DNA of 64,000 nt from Patescibacteria group bacterium (GTDB lineage Bacteria; Patescibacteriota; Minisyncoccia; JAHISW01; Tagabacteraceae), in the NCBI GenBank assembly GCA_018819015.1, contig JAHJQY010000019.1, forward strand, positions 3,239-67,238, in the 5' to 3' direction. Under the pieces are notes generated by a model. It saw only the letters and a program-made list of their open reading frames with translations, had not been told where the DNA came from and ran no database searches. Below, piece by piece: positions 30,637 through 41,533 of the stretch (its first letter is position 1; each line of letters begins with the position of its first letter). Position numbers and translations under genes: made by a program.

Positions 30637-31594
30637 AAAAACAAATCTTTTTTTGTTAAAACTTTTTTTTGCCGTTGTTCTTGTGACGGTGTCTTTTTCT
30701 GCGAGGCAATGGTTTGTGGAAAATTTTTCATTTAATGTTTTGAATAAAGAAGGCAACCAGAAAGAGTATATAATTCAAGGCGGATTGACAAGAAGTTATA
30801 TTGTCCACCTTCCTTCGCATTATCGCGCCAATGATTTGTTGCCGCTGGTTTTTGTGCTTCATGGAGTTGCCACTAATGCCGACATCACGATGAAAATTAC
30901 CGGCATGAATGATATTTCTGACAGGGAAAATTTTATAGCAGTTTATCCAAACGGCACCGGCTTGTTCAGCGAATATGTTTTAAGCTGGAATGCCGGCGAT
31001 TGCTGCAATTTGGTTGCGCCGTTCGGCGTTGACGACGTCGTTTTTATAAAATCTATTATTGAAAAATTAAGCGAAAAATATAATATAAATCGGAAAGAAA
31101 TTTATGCTGCCGGATTGTCCAACGGAGCCATGATGGCTTATCGGCTGGGGTGCGAATTGTCTGATGAAATTGCCGCTATTGCTCCCGTGGCGGGTTCTAT
31201 GGCGATAGACGTGTGCCACCCGGAAAGTTTTGTGTCCGTTCTTGCTTTCCACGGAGAAAATGACGAGGTTGTTCCTTTTGGCGGCGGCTCCAGTTCCCGG
31301 TTTTATGCTCAGTGGTTTGATTTGAAATTCAGATCGGTTTCAGACTCCGTTTCGTTTTGGGTAAAAAATAACGGCTGCCTGCTTGGTCCGCAGGAATTTT
31401 CTTATGGCGATATCAGCAAAGAAGTCTATTTTGGGTGCAAAAACAATACGGAAGTCATTCTTTTTACTTTTAAAAACCAAGGCCATGTGTGGCCCGGTGG
31501 AGAAGGAATAAAGCCTTTTTACAAAAAAGATTCCGGTGGTATAATAGCATCGGAAGTAATTTGGGATTTTTTTAAAAATCATCCCAAGTATTAG
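30626..31594 (+). CDS. Secreted LpqC/PHB-depolymerase-family alpha/beta hydrolase
   Basis: PLVFVLHG, AVYPNG, WNAGDCC, DDVVFI, GLSNGAMM (nucleophile), HGENDEVVP, GHVWPGG; N-terminal signal/TM. Confidence 0.85.
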   Translation: MIVKKTNLFLLKLFFAVVLVTVSFSARQWFVENFSFNVLNKEGNQKEYIIQGGLTRSYIVHLPSHYRANDLLPLVFVLHGVATNADITMKITGMNDISDRENFIAVYPNGTGLFSEYVLSWNAGDCCNLVAPFGVDDVVFIKSIIEKLSEKYNINRKEIYAAGLSNGAMMAYRLGCELSDEIAAIAPVAGSMAIDVCHPESFVSVLAFHGENDEVVPFGGGSSSRFYAQWFDLKFRSVSDSVSFWVKNNGCLLGPQEFSYGDISKEVYFGCKNNTEVILFTFKNQGHVWPGGEGIKPFYKKDSGGIIASEVIWDFFKNHPKY

Positions 31595-31617
31595 TAATAA
31601 ATTAATTAAATAAAAAA

Positions 31618-31827
31618 ATGAATAAAAAAATAAAAGATTTTTTAGGGGCGGTGATTATTTTCTCTTTGTTGGTTTTTGTCGTCGTGAGCATTGTTTGCGT
31701 GAAAGCGTATTATAATTCAATCGCGACGGCAAAGGGGCTGGGCGGAGAAGTGTCAGCAACTTCGGCCATCGAGCCCGGTTCTCAGGAAATTACTTCCAAT
31801 ATTACTTTGGTTTACGAAATTAAATAG
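31618..31827 (+). pseudogene. Internally deleted SIMPL (DUF541)-like remnant or mini-protein
   Basis: N-terminal TM fused directly to a SIMPL-type C-terminus (IEPGSQEITSNITLVYEIK). Confidence 0.5.
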
Positions 31828-31828
31828 C

Positions 31829-33010
31829 GTGTCTTTTCTAATTCATTACAGCGAAATTGCTTTAAAAAAGGGCAACCGGTCTTTTTTTGTTAACAAACTG
31901 GCGGAGAATATCAAAATTGCTTTAAAAGATTTGGATGATGTCGGTGTCAAAAAATTATCCGGCCGCCTATTGTGCGATATCCGATTCCCCACGTTTGCCG
32001 CGGGGAATCGGATATCAATAGTTGAAGAGCGGTTAAAAAAAATTCCCGGTATTGCCAATTTTATGCCGGCGTTTGAAATTGTTTTATCCGGCGCGGGCGC
32101 GGCGGATATGGAATCGCTTAAACAAGCCGTGGTTAAAGAAATCGCGGATAGAAAATTTAGCAGTTTTAGAATAACCGCGCAAAGGGGCGACAAAGATTTT
32201 CCTTTGACTTCCGAAGAGATTAATCGCGAGTTGGGCGCTTTTGTCGCGCGGGAAATCGGCGCCAGGGTGGATTTGGAAAATCCTGAATTTACCGTTTTTG
32301 CGCAGATATTGCGGGACAGAATATTTTTCGGTTTTGAAAAAACAAAAGGAGTCGGCGGGCTTCCTGTTGGTTCCAGCGGCAGAATAGTGAGTCTTTTGTC
32401 TGGCGGCATAGATTCACCGGCGGCGTCTTTTATGATGATGAAAAGGGGATGCCGTGCTGTTTTTGCCCATTTTCACAGTTTTCCTTATTTGGATTATTCT
32501 TCTCAGCAAAAAGCGCTGGAGTTGTCTGAGATTTTGAACAGTTATCAATACGGATCAAAATTGTATCTTTTGCCATTCGGCAAAGCGCAAAGTGAAATTG
32601 CCACCAAGGCGCCGGAACCGTATAGGACGGTGATTTACAGACGCTTGATGTTGCGCGTGTCCGAGAAAATCGCCGAGAAAGAAAAAGCCGGCGCTTTGGC
32701 AACCGGAGAAAGTTTGGGCCAGGTGGCTTCGCAGACCATGGAGAATATTTCCGTAATTGACAAGTCGGTAAATTTGACCGTCTTGAGACCGCTGATAGGT
32801 TTTAATAAAGAAGATATCATAAAAATCGCCAGAGAAATTGGAACTTATGATATTTCAATAATGCCCGACCAGGATTGCTGCCAGCTTTTTATGCCCAAGC
32901 ATCCTGTCACCAAAGCGGACATTAAAATAACAGAAAAAATAGAAAAGGATTTCGATATTCCTAAAATGATATCAGGTATTCTGGGTAAGGCCGAAATAAA
33001 AATATTGTAG
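31829..33010 (+). CDS. thiI: tRNA 4-thiouridine sulfurtransferase
   Basis: YSEIALKKGNR, THUMP domain, LLSGGIDSP (PP-loop), TGESLGQVASQT, RPLIG, DCC. Confidence 0.93.
   Translation: MSFLIHYSEIALKKGNRSFFVNKLAENIKIALKDLDDVGVKKLSGRLLCDIRFPTFAAGNRISIVEERLKKIPGIANFMPAFEIVLSGAGAADMESLKQAVVKEIADRKFSSFRITAQRGDKDFPLTSEEINRELGAFVAREIGARVDLENPEFTVFAQILRDRIFFGFEKTKGVGGLPVGSSGRIVSLLSGGIDSPAASFMMMKRGCRAVFAHFHSFPYLDYSSQQKALELSEILNSYQYGSKLYLLPFGKAQSEIATKAPEPYRTVIYRRLMLRVSEKIAEKEKAGALATGESLGQVASQTMENISVIDKSVNLTVLRPLIGFNKEDIIKIAREIGTYDISIMPDQDCCQLFMPKHPVTKADIKITEKIEKDFDIPKMISGILGKAEIKIL
31971..32020. repeat. Inverted REP doublet (REPIN-like) in frame within thiI
   Basis: TGTGCGATATCCGATTCCCCACG-TTTGC-CGCGGGGAATCGGATATCAATA; both halves match the RAYT REP. 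Confidence 0.8.
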
Positions 33011-33067
33011 TTTTCCACAGAGTTTAGTGTATTTTTTTGTTTTACTGTATAATAAAACAATAAAGAT

Positions 33068-33634
33068 ATGTTTCCGTTAATGCAGAGATTTTTGTTTTTT
33101 GTTCTGGTAATAGCGGTGTTTTTTGCTGTTATATATATCGGTCAAGTATTATTAACTGGCAATAAACAAACATTTTTACATTCAAATATGGATTTAAGAA
33201 GCAACGCTTTTGATAACAAGGGCGATATTCCTTTAAAATATACTTGTGATGGCGACAATGTCAGTCCGCCTTTTTTTGTTGGCAGTGCGCCTATAGGCAC
33301 GCAGAGTTTCGCTCTTGTTGTGGAGGACCCCGATGCTATCGGCGGCGTTACTTTTGATCATTGGGTTGTCTGGAATATTAAAATGGAGACAACTGAAATA
33401 AAAGAAGGATTTGTTCCGGACGGAGCAATGCAGGGGATTAACGATTTTGACGAAAAAGGATATGGCGGCCCTTGTCCGCCCAAAGGCGCTTCGGCGCATC
33501 GCTATCTGTTTAATCTTTATGCTTTGGATACCAGACTTAATATTAATCCGGATTCAAGAAAGGAACATCTTGAAAAAGCCATGGAAGGCCATATTTTGGG
33601 CCAAACAACATTACTGGGTTTATATAAAAGATAA
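33068..33634 (+). CDS. YbhB/YbcL (PEBP-family) protein
   Basis: YTCDGDNVSPP, EDPDA, FDHWVVWNI, GYGGPCPP, HRYLFNLYALD. Confidence 0.9.
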   Translation: MFPLMQRFLFFVLVIAVFFAVIYIGQVLLTGNKQTFLHSNMDLRSNAFDNKGDIPLKYTCDGDNVSPPFFVGSAPIGTQSFALVVEDPDAIGGVTFDHWVVWNIKMETTEIKEGFVPDGAMQGINDFDEKGYGGPCPPKGASAHRYLFNLYALDTRLNINPDSRKEHLEKAMEGHILGQTTLLGLYKR

Positions 33635-33635
33635 T

Positions 33636-34094
33636 ATGGAACACGAATCAGTAAACAAAAATTATATTAGGCGTATTTTTAAATTTTATTTCGCGCCGGT
33701 TTGGCAATCCGCCCTGACTATTTTGTATTTGGTTTTCTTTTTGTATTTCGCGGTGTTTTATGTCGGCAATGTCTGGCTGGCTTTAAAATTTATCTGGTAC
33801 ACAATTATTAATTCCGGAACGCTTTTGGGGCTTTCTTACCTTTTGTGGGGCGTGGTTTTTCTGGTAACTTTGATTATTCCTTTTTCAATCAGTTTATACG
33901 CGATGCTGCTTTTGTATGAAATTTGGGAAAAGAAAGATTGGCCGAGAAAAGAAAAAGTTTTAGGCACGCTGATGCTTATAGTTTTGGTTCCCCTTGTGAT
34001 AATGGCGATGGATGAAACAGTAAGAATTGCCGCTTCGCAGGATGTTTTAAATACGTTTGTTTCCGGCCAGCATTTGAATATTTTGGGAAAATAA
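33636..34094 (+). CDS. Hypothetical membrane protein
   Basis: 3-4 hydrophobic segments; ATG directly after the upstream stop. Confidence 0.65.
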   Translation: MEHESVNKNYIRRIFKFYFAPVWQSALTILYLVFFLYFAVFYVGNVWLALKFIWYTIINSGTLLGLSYLLWGVVFLVTLIIPFSISLYAMLLLYEIWEKKDWPRKEKVLGTLMLIVLVPLVIMAMDETVRIAASQDVLNTFVSGQHLNILGK

Positions 34095-34931
34095 GTTTGT
34101 ACACTCCATTTCTTTTTTGCCCTCGGGTTTAACTCGTTTTATGACGAGTTTTCCTTTGTCGTCCAGTTCCGCCGCCGCGATAATTATTCTTTTTCCGTTG
34201 TAAAAAGTATAAGCGCCGGGCCAGGGGGCAAGAGCGCGTATTTTTCGTTCAATAATTTCCGGCGGTTCATTCCAGTCAATTTCTCCGTCTTTTTTGGTGA
34301 AAAGTTTAGTATAGGTTGCTTTGTTATGGTTTTGCGGAATCGGTTTAATTTCGTTATTCAGCCAGCGGGGCATAGTTTCTACGAGCATTTCTCCTCCCAG
34401 TTCCGCAAGCTTTTCCTCTAATTTTTTGTAGGTTAGATTTGAGATTTTATTTTTAAGGTTTGAGATTTTTAATATTGGTCCTTCGTCCATTTTTTCGTCC
34501 ATTAGCATAATGGTTACCCCCGTTTCTTTTTCGCCGTTTAAAATGGCGGATTGGATGGGCGAGGGGCCGCGAAGTTTGGGGAGTAGCGAGGGGTGGACAT
34601 TTATGGTTTCGTGCTTGGGAATTTCCAAAATTTTTTTCGGCAAAATTTTGCCGAAAGACGCGACAACAAATAAGTCAGGCGTTATTCCTAATTCTTGAAT
34701 CTTGAATCCTAAATCTTTAAGATTGTCTGGTTGTAAAATTTTGATTTTGTTTTTCAGCGCCCAAAGTTTTACTGGCGATGGGTTTGTCCGAAGTTTTCTT
34801 CCCTGGGGCTTGTCCGGCGCGGTTATGATAAGCGCCGGCGCCAAGCCGGCATTTTTCATGCTTTCCAAGATTTTCACCGAAAATTCCGGCGTGCCAAAGA
34901 AGACAATTTTTGGCTGGGTTTTGTTAATCAT
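34047..34931 (-). CDS. fmt: Methionyl-tRNA formyltransferase
   Basis: FFGTPEF, PDKPQGR, NVHPSLLPKLRGPSPIQ, MDEKMDEG, IRALAPWPGA. Confidence 0.95.
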   Translation of the reverse strand: MINKTQPKIVFFGTPEFSVKILESMKNAGLAPALIITAPDKPQGRKLRTNPSPVKLWALKNKIKILQPDNLKDLGFKIQELGITPDLFVVASFGKILPKKILEIPKHETINVHPSLLPKLRGPSPIQSAILNGEKETGVTIMLMDEKMDEGPILKISNLKNKISNLTYKKLEEKLAELGGEMLVETMPRWLNNEIKPIPQNHNKATYTKLFTKKDGEIDWNEPPEIIERKIRALAPWPGAYTFYNGKRIIIAAAELDDKGKLVIKRVKPEGKKEMECTNLFSQNIQMLAGNKRI

Positions 34932-35434
34932 TTGGTTAAATTAGTTGCTTTGTCTATGAAAAGAATCCCGTTCAGGTGGTCTATTTCGTGCTGAAGGGTT
35001 TGCGCCAGCAGGCCCGACGCGCCGCGGGTAAATTTTTCTCCTTTTTCATTGTAGGCCTCTACTTTCACTTTTTCAGCTCGCTTCACTTCGCCGAACTGAT
35101 CGGGGGCGCTGAGGCATCCTTCGGGAAAAAGTTTTTTGTCTCGAGAGGCTTTTATTATTTTCGGATTTATAAAAACCATATTTTTAAATTCTGTTTTTGG
35201 AGTTTCCGACACGGGGTTCAGCGTCCATTCGGAAATGACGGTGATTTGCCAGCTTTCTCCGATTTGTGGGGCGGCCACGGCTAAAGCGTCGTTATTTTCG
35301 GCAATGACTTTTTTCATTTTTTTAATGATATTTTGGAATTTTTTGCTTTTTATTTCTTCAGCGGGAATCTCTTTGGCTTTTTCCCTCAGCACTTTTTCTC
35401 CTTTTTTATAAATTTTTATTTTGTTGTCAGACAT
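34928..35434 (-). CDS. def: Peptide deformylase
   Basis: AAPQIG, EGCLS, QHEIDHLNGILF; adjacent to fmt. Confidence 0.93.
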   Translation of the reverse strand: MSDNKIKIYKKGEKVLREKAKEIPAEEIKSKKFQNIIKKMKKVIAENNDALAVAAPQIGESWQITVISEWTLNPVSETPKTEFKNMVFINPKIIKASRDKKLFPEGCLSAPDQFGEVKRAEKVKVEAYNEKGEKFTRGASGLLAQTLQHEIDHLNGILFIDKATNLTK

Positions 35435-35435
35435 T

Positions 35436-35702
35436 TTATTCTAATTCTTTTAATTTCCAAAAAAATTTTTTGACCGGAGAGAATTTATCACTTCTTCGGC
35501 TTTCTTGTTTGATTTCCGCGAACAATTGCCTTATTTTTTCTTCCGGATAGCGGTGGCAAACACCCAAATATTTTTTGTAATTTTTGGTTTCGTTGAAATA
35601 TTCGGCTATTTCTTCCGCCAGGGCGTGCCGGCTGGTGTGGATTGATTTCTTTTTCGGCCGGTCCTTCTTGGAGGGCTTTAGGTATTTTTTCAACTGCTCC
35701 AT
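35436..35702 (-). CDS. Small basic hypothetical protein
   Basis: 88-aa ORF abutting both neighbours in the minus-strand operon. Confidence 0.65.
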   Translation of the reverse strand: MEQLKKYLKPSKKDRPKKKSIHTSRHALAEEIAEYFNETKNYKKYLGVCHRYPEEKIRQLFAEIKQESRRSDKFSPVKKFFWKLKELE

Positions 35703-36761
35703 TTATTCCAAGCTCATTTTGATTAGCGCGCCGTCATCAATCGCGTATATGAAATTTTTTTCCGTCGATATGGCGAAGGTGGGATCTTTGCCCTTATAAA
35801 TAGGATAAACAAGACGTTCGCTTCTCCCGTCCATTTCAACCACATAAATGCCGTTGCCCGCTGCCATTATTATTATGTCTTTCCTGTCCGGGAAAAACTC
35901 TATGTTTTTTATGCGGAAATTGCTTTTGAAAATCAGCGCCGGTAATTGGCAAGATTGGCCGTCTGCCCGTTGAGGCGGGCAAATGTAATAAGGAGGGAGC
36001 GCGTCTTTTTTGAGCCAGTCAGCAAAAATCTCGTTATTGGCATCGTCCCACCAGATTTTTTCATTTTTCTTTTTGTCAAATTTTTCAAAATCAGAAACCT
36101 GGGGAAGATTTTCGGTAAAATAAGAAGCGCTGACTATTTCTTCTGCCAGGTTGAACTTGGCCTCTATCGTTCCTTTTTCGCTTTTGAATACAAAACTATT
36201 TTTGCTCCAAATTATATTAGATATGCCTTTTTTGAACGAAAGCAGTTGTTTGGCGAGAGAATTGTCGGTCGTCAAAAAAGTATTTTTTCCCGGCAGATAA
36301 AAAGTCAATTGAAAATCGTCACCTCTTTCTTCTTTAAGCACCAAAAGGTTTTGGTCGGGAGAAGCCCAGATTTTTGTAAATTTTCCCTTAAACAGTATGC
36401 CGCCCTGCGGGTTTTTTGGTATTAAAATTGCCATGGATTCCGTCACTAATCCTTGTTTGACTTCCAGTTTTTTAATCCATGGCCAGAAATTTTCTTTGGC
36501 AACCAAAATAGAGTATTCACCCGTTTTTAGATTAGACATAAAAAGACCTTTGCTGAGCATTCCACTGGCGTTTTCTTTTTTGTTGTTGACGAATATTTCC
36601 GCGCCATCAAAAGGAAGAGAAACATAGAGTCCGCCTCTTTGTGAAATACGAAAATTGTTATCTAAACTGTATCCCTGGCCGTATAACAGCGTAACGATGG
36701 TAATGGCAAAAAAAGCCAAAACGCAAAGAGCCAAAATTGTTTTTCTAGTTTTTAGGGCCAT
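35703..36761 (-). CDS. PEGA-domain membrane-anchored protein
   Basis: TM helix, then GGLYVS.P.DGAEIFVN...LKTGEYSILVAKENFWPW.KKLEV PEGA pattern and a beta-rich C-terminus. Confidence 0.75.
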   Translation of the reverse strand: MALKTRKTILALCVLAFFAITIVTLLYGQGYSLDNNFRISQRGGLYVSLPFDGAEIFVNNKKENASGMLSKGLFMSNLKTGEYSILVAKENFWPWIKKLEVKQGLVTESMAILIPKNPQGGILFKGKFTKIWASPDQNLLVLKEERGDDFQLTFYLPGKNTFLTTDNSLAKQLLSFKKGISNIIWSKNSFVFKSEKGTIEAKFNLAEEIVSASYFTENLPQVSDFEKFDKKKNEKIWWDDANNEIFADWLKKDALPPYYICPPQRADGQSCQLPALIFKSNFRIKNIEFFPDRKDIIIMAAGNGIYVVEMDGRSERLVYPIYKGKDPTFAISTEKNFIYAIDDGALIKMSLE

Positions 36762-36807
36762 GCTTTAATATTTGCAAAAAATGGCCAAAAAGTCTAGGAT
36801 TAAATCA

Positions 36808-38063
36808 ATGCCATTCCTAGTAAAAGGTTTTTCCGGGAAAAAGTTTTTGAGCGGCGAATTGCCGGTTAGGGGCGCCAAGAATTTTGCCTTGAAGGCCCAG
36901 GCCGCTTCTATACTTTTTGGCGGCGATGTTGTTTTGCGCAACATGCCGCTGATTGAAGATGTTTTTAAAATGAATGATTTGCTTTCGTCTTTGGGTGTGG
37001 CCGTGGACAGAATCGGCAACAGATCGTTTCGTTTTAAATCTCCCCGAAACCTGGAAACAAATCTTAATACCGACGCGGCGAAATTATTTCGCGCTTCAAT
37101 TGTTTTAACGGGCCCGATTTTGGCCAGAGAAGGAAGGGTTTCTTTTTCTCATCCCGGAGGATGCGTGATAGGTAAGAGGCCGATAGATGTTTTTTTGGAT
37201 GCTTTTCAAAAAATGGGCGCAAAAGCGCGCAGTTTTAAAAAAAGCTATTTGCTTGAAGCGGATAAGCTTCATGGCGCCGATATATTTCTTAAATTACCGA
37301 GCGTCACGGCGACGGAAACTTTGATGATGACGGCGGTTTTGGTGAAAGGCGTGACGATTTTGCGTAATTGCGCCTGCGAACCGGAAATAGTTTCTTTGGC
37401 TGAATTTTTAAATTCTTTTGGCGCTGATATAAAGGGAGCGGGCACTCATACGATTGTTGTTAAGGGCGGTCGCTTGTTAAAAAATGGGTTTTTTAAAATT
37501 CCGCCCGATAGAATTGAGGCCGGAAGTTTCGCCGTGGTGGCGGCGCTATGCGGTAAAAATTTAAGAATTAAAAATTGTGACCCTTCCCAGATGATGGCTG
37601 TTTTGCGCGCGTTGGAAGATGCCGGGGTAAATATAGAATTTGACAAGGATGCTCTTTTAATAAAAACGCCGCGCGTTTTGAAGCCGGTTGATATAAAAAC
37701 TCGGGAATATCCCGGTTTTGCCACTGATTTGCAGGCGCCTTTTTCGGTTCTTTTGACGCAAGCGGCCGGCAGGAGTCTTCTTTTTGAAACTGTTTTTGAA
37801 AATCGGTTAGGATATTTAAGTGATTTGAATAGAATGGGCGCGAATATTCTTGTCTGCGATCCGCATCGCGCCGTTATAAACGGACCGACAAAATTAAGGG
37901 GAAGAGACATGGAAAGCCCTGACCTGAGAGCCGGTTTGGCTTTTTTGACAGCGGCTATGGTGGCGGAAGGCGATTCTGTGATAAACAATATATATAATAT
38001 AGACAGGGGGTATGAAAAAGTAGAGGAGCGTTTAAATGCCGTGGGGGCGGAAATAAAAAGAAT

Positions 38064-38067
<4 letters not shown>
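36808..38067 (+). CDS. murA: UDP-N-acetylglucosamine 1-carboxyvinyltransferase (start may be 36781)
   Basis: GAKN, RASIVLTGP, PGGCVIGKRPID (active Cys), SVTATE, YPGFATDLQ, DLRAG, IDRGYE. Confidence 0.95.
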
Positions 38068-39074
<1,007 letters not shown>

Positions 39075-39075
39075 C

Positions 39076-39756
39076 ATGGAAGTTTACCATCACGGTTATT
39101 TTTTAACAGGCGACAGGGAAAAGGCGATGGATAGGGCGTTGGAGATGGCCGCGGAAATTTTGGAAATTAAAAAAGAGGCGCTTAATTCGCATCCGGATTT
39201 TTCTTTGCTGGAAACCGATAATTTCGCGATCGGTGACGCCAGGCGCGTTAAAGAGAACTCGGCCAAAAAATCCTTTTTTGGCCGCGGCAGAATTTTTGTC
39301 ATCAAAAGCAATCTTTTCACGCGCGAGGCTTGCAACGCGCTTTTAAAAACATTTGAAGAGCCGGCCGGGGCCAGTTATTTTTTTGTGGTAACCGCTTCGC
39401 CGGAAAATATTCTGGAAACCTTGAGATCCCGTTTGACAGTTTTAAGGTTTGAAGAAGATAAAAAATTATCCAAAGAAAAAAAAGATTTTATTGAAAAATT
39501 TTTTAAGAGCGATTCTGACAAAAGATTGAAACTGACGGAAAAATTTTTAAAAGACAAAGAAAAAGCAAAAGAAAAAACATCGGAATTTTTAGACGAACTG
39601 GAAGTTGTTTTAAGGGACACAATGGCGGGCAAACAGGAGGCGAGGATGGTGGAGGCGGTTGACGAACTGTTGAAACAGCGCGCCTATCTTTTACAGCGCG
39701 CGTCGTCGCCGAAAATAATTTTGGAATATATTTGTTTAACTTTTCCCAAATTTTAG
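39076..39756 (+). CDS. holB: DNA polymerase III delta'-like protein
   Basis: HPDF, ACNALLKTFEEP and ILETLRSR clamp-loader motifs. Confidence 0.75.
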   Translation: MEVYHHGYFLTGDREKAMDRALEMAAEILEIKKEALNSHPDFSLLETDNFAIGDARRVKENSAKKSFFGRGRIFVIKSNLFTREACNALLKTFEEPAGASYFFVVTASPENILETLRSRLTVLRFEEDKKLSKEKKDFIEKFFKSDSDKRLKLTEKFLKDKEKAKEKTSEFLDELEVVLRDTMAGKQEARMVEAVDELLKQRAYLLQRASSPKIILEYICLTFPKF

Positions 39757-39791
39757 TATAATATTAGTGTAGTTACTGATTACTAGATTAT

Positions 39792-40343
39792 ATGAATTAC
39801 GATTTTTCAAAAATTAAGGCCTGCGCCGAAAAAAATAAATCATGGTTTAATGATGAAATTTCTCTTTTGCGAACCGGCCGCGCCACTCCGTCTTTGGTGG
39901 AAAATATCAAAGTTGATTATTACGGCGTTAAAAGCCCGCTTAAAAGCGTGGCTTCCATCGCCATTGAAGACGCCCGGACATTGAGGGTTAAGCCATGGGC
40001 GGCGGATATGATTATGCCGATTGAACAGGCGGTGAGGGCTTCCGAACTGGGCATTCAGGCGGTCACAGAAAAAGATATCGTCAGAATTATTTTTCCCGAA
40101 CTGACAGGAGAGAGGAGGAAGTCCTTGTTAAAAATTTTGAACGGGAAACTGGAAGAATCTAGAATTTCTTTGAGGCGGGAGCGGGACGAAACTTGGCGGG
40201 ATATTCAGGACAAGGAAAAAGAAGGCGAGATCGGCGAGGATGAAAAATTTCGCTTCAAAGATGAACTGCAGAAAATTGTTGACGAGGCCGTAAAAAAATT
40301 GGAAGGAACCGCGTCTAAAAAAGAAGAAGAAATAAAAAACTGA
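39792..40343 (+). CDS. frr: Ribosome recycling factor
   Basis: LRTGRATPSLVENIKVDYYG, PELTGERR. Confidence 0.95.
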   Translation: MNYDFSKIKACAEKNKSWFNDEISLLRTGRATPSLVENIKVDYYGVKSPLKSVASIAIEDARTLRVKPWAADMIMPIEQAVRASELGIQAVTEKDIVRIIFPELTGERRKSLLKILNGKLEESRISLRRERDETWRDIQDKEKEGEIGEDEKFRFKDELQKIVDEAVKKLEGTASKKEEEIKN

Positions 40344-40344
40344 C

Positions 40345-41388
40345 ATGGCTACTTTTATAATTTTTGTCCTTGTTTTGGGCGTTCTTGTTTTTACGCACGA
40401 GTTCGGGCATTTTATTTGCGCAAAAAAGGCGGGCGTTAAAGTTGAAAAATTCGCTATTGGTTTCGGTCCGAGCGTTTTTTCGTTTAGAAAAGACGAAACG
40501 CTTTACACATTGAATTTAGTGCCTTTTGGCGGTTATGTGAAAATTTTTGGCGAGGAGGGCAGGGAAAAAGTGGCGGGAAGTTTTAATTCCAAGCCGGCTT
40601 GTATTCGGGCGCTGATTGTGGCGGCCGGCGTTTTTTTTAATTTTTTGCTGGCCTTTTTTTTGTTGTTTTTGGTCAATATGATTGGCGCGCCCGTTCCTGT
40701 TGGCGACGGCGCGTTAAACAGCCGGATAACAATTCTGGAAGTTCAGCCAAATTCGCCCGCGCAAAAAGCGGGGCTGGAAGCCGGAGATAAAATTTTGTCT
40801 TTGTCTTTTGGAGAAGAGGTTTTGGATGCAGTGGTGATTGCTGACGTTCAGAATTTTATTTCCAGTCACAGTGGGCAGGAGATAGTTTTGAAATATTTGC
40901 GGGGGCAGGAAACTTTCAGCGCGCGTGTTACGCCTGACCCTATAATCGGCATCGCCATGGACAATATCGCCATTGTCTCTATGTCTTTTTTCAAAGCAAT
41001 CTGGGAAAGTTTCAAGGAAACGATTTTTTTGACTGGCTTTATGGTTAAAATGTTCGGCTTTCTTATTGCCGATATTTTTAGGGGAGGGGAGATGGTCAAT
41101 CAGGTGAGCGGGCCGGTGGGGGTTTTTGGGATAGTGGGGAAGATGGCGGCGTTCGGGTTTGTTTATATTCTGCGTTTTACCGCTTTGTTTTCCATAAACT
41201 TGGCGGTGCTGAACTTGATTCCTTTTCCGGCGCTGGACGGCGGACATCTCATTCTTTTGGCCATTGAGGCGATTAAGCGTTCGCCGGTCAATCAAAAGTT
41301 TGTTAATATTGTCAATACTGCCGGCTTCGCCGCGCTGATTATTTTAATGATATTGGTGACGTATAAGGATATAGTTCGTCTTTTGTAA
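40345..41388 (+). CDS. rseP: RIP metalloprotease RseP (M50, PDZ)
   Basis: HEFGH, PFGGYV, AAGVFFN, SPAQKAGL, NLIPFPALDGG. Confidence 0.92.
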   Translation: MATFIIFVLVLGVLVFTHEFGHFICAKKAGVKVEKFAIGFGPSVFSFRKDETLYTLNLVPFGGYVKIFGEEGREKVAGSFNSKPACIRALIVAAGVFFNFLLAFFLLFLVNMIGAPVPVGDGALNSRITILEVQPNSPAQKAGLEAGDKILSLSFGEEVLDAVVIADVQNFISSHSGQEIVLKYLRGQETFSARVTPDPIIGIAMDNIAIVSMSFFKAIWESFKETIFLTGFMVKMFGFLIADIFRGGEMVNQVSGPVGVFGIVGKMAAFGFVYILRFTALFSINLAVLNLIPFPALDGGHLILLAIEAIKRSPVNQKFVNIVNTAGFAALIILMILVTYKDIVRLL

Positions 41389-41533
41389 TTTTCTATAAAT
41401 ATAATTTTCTACCTATTCATTGCTATCGCCACAAATAGGTAGTGAGTTTATTTTTGTCAACGAAATGATTTGATGGGGATAGTTTTCAACTATATAACTT
41501 AGTCCGACCGGACATGACTATACACTGTCTTTT

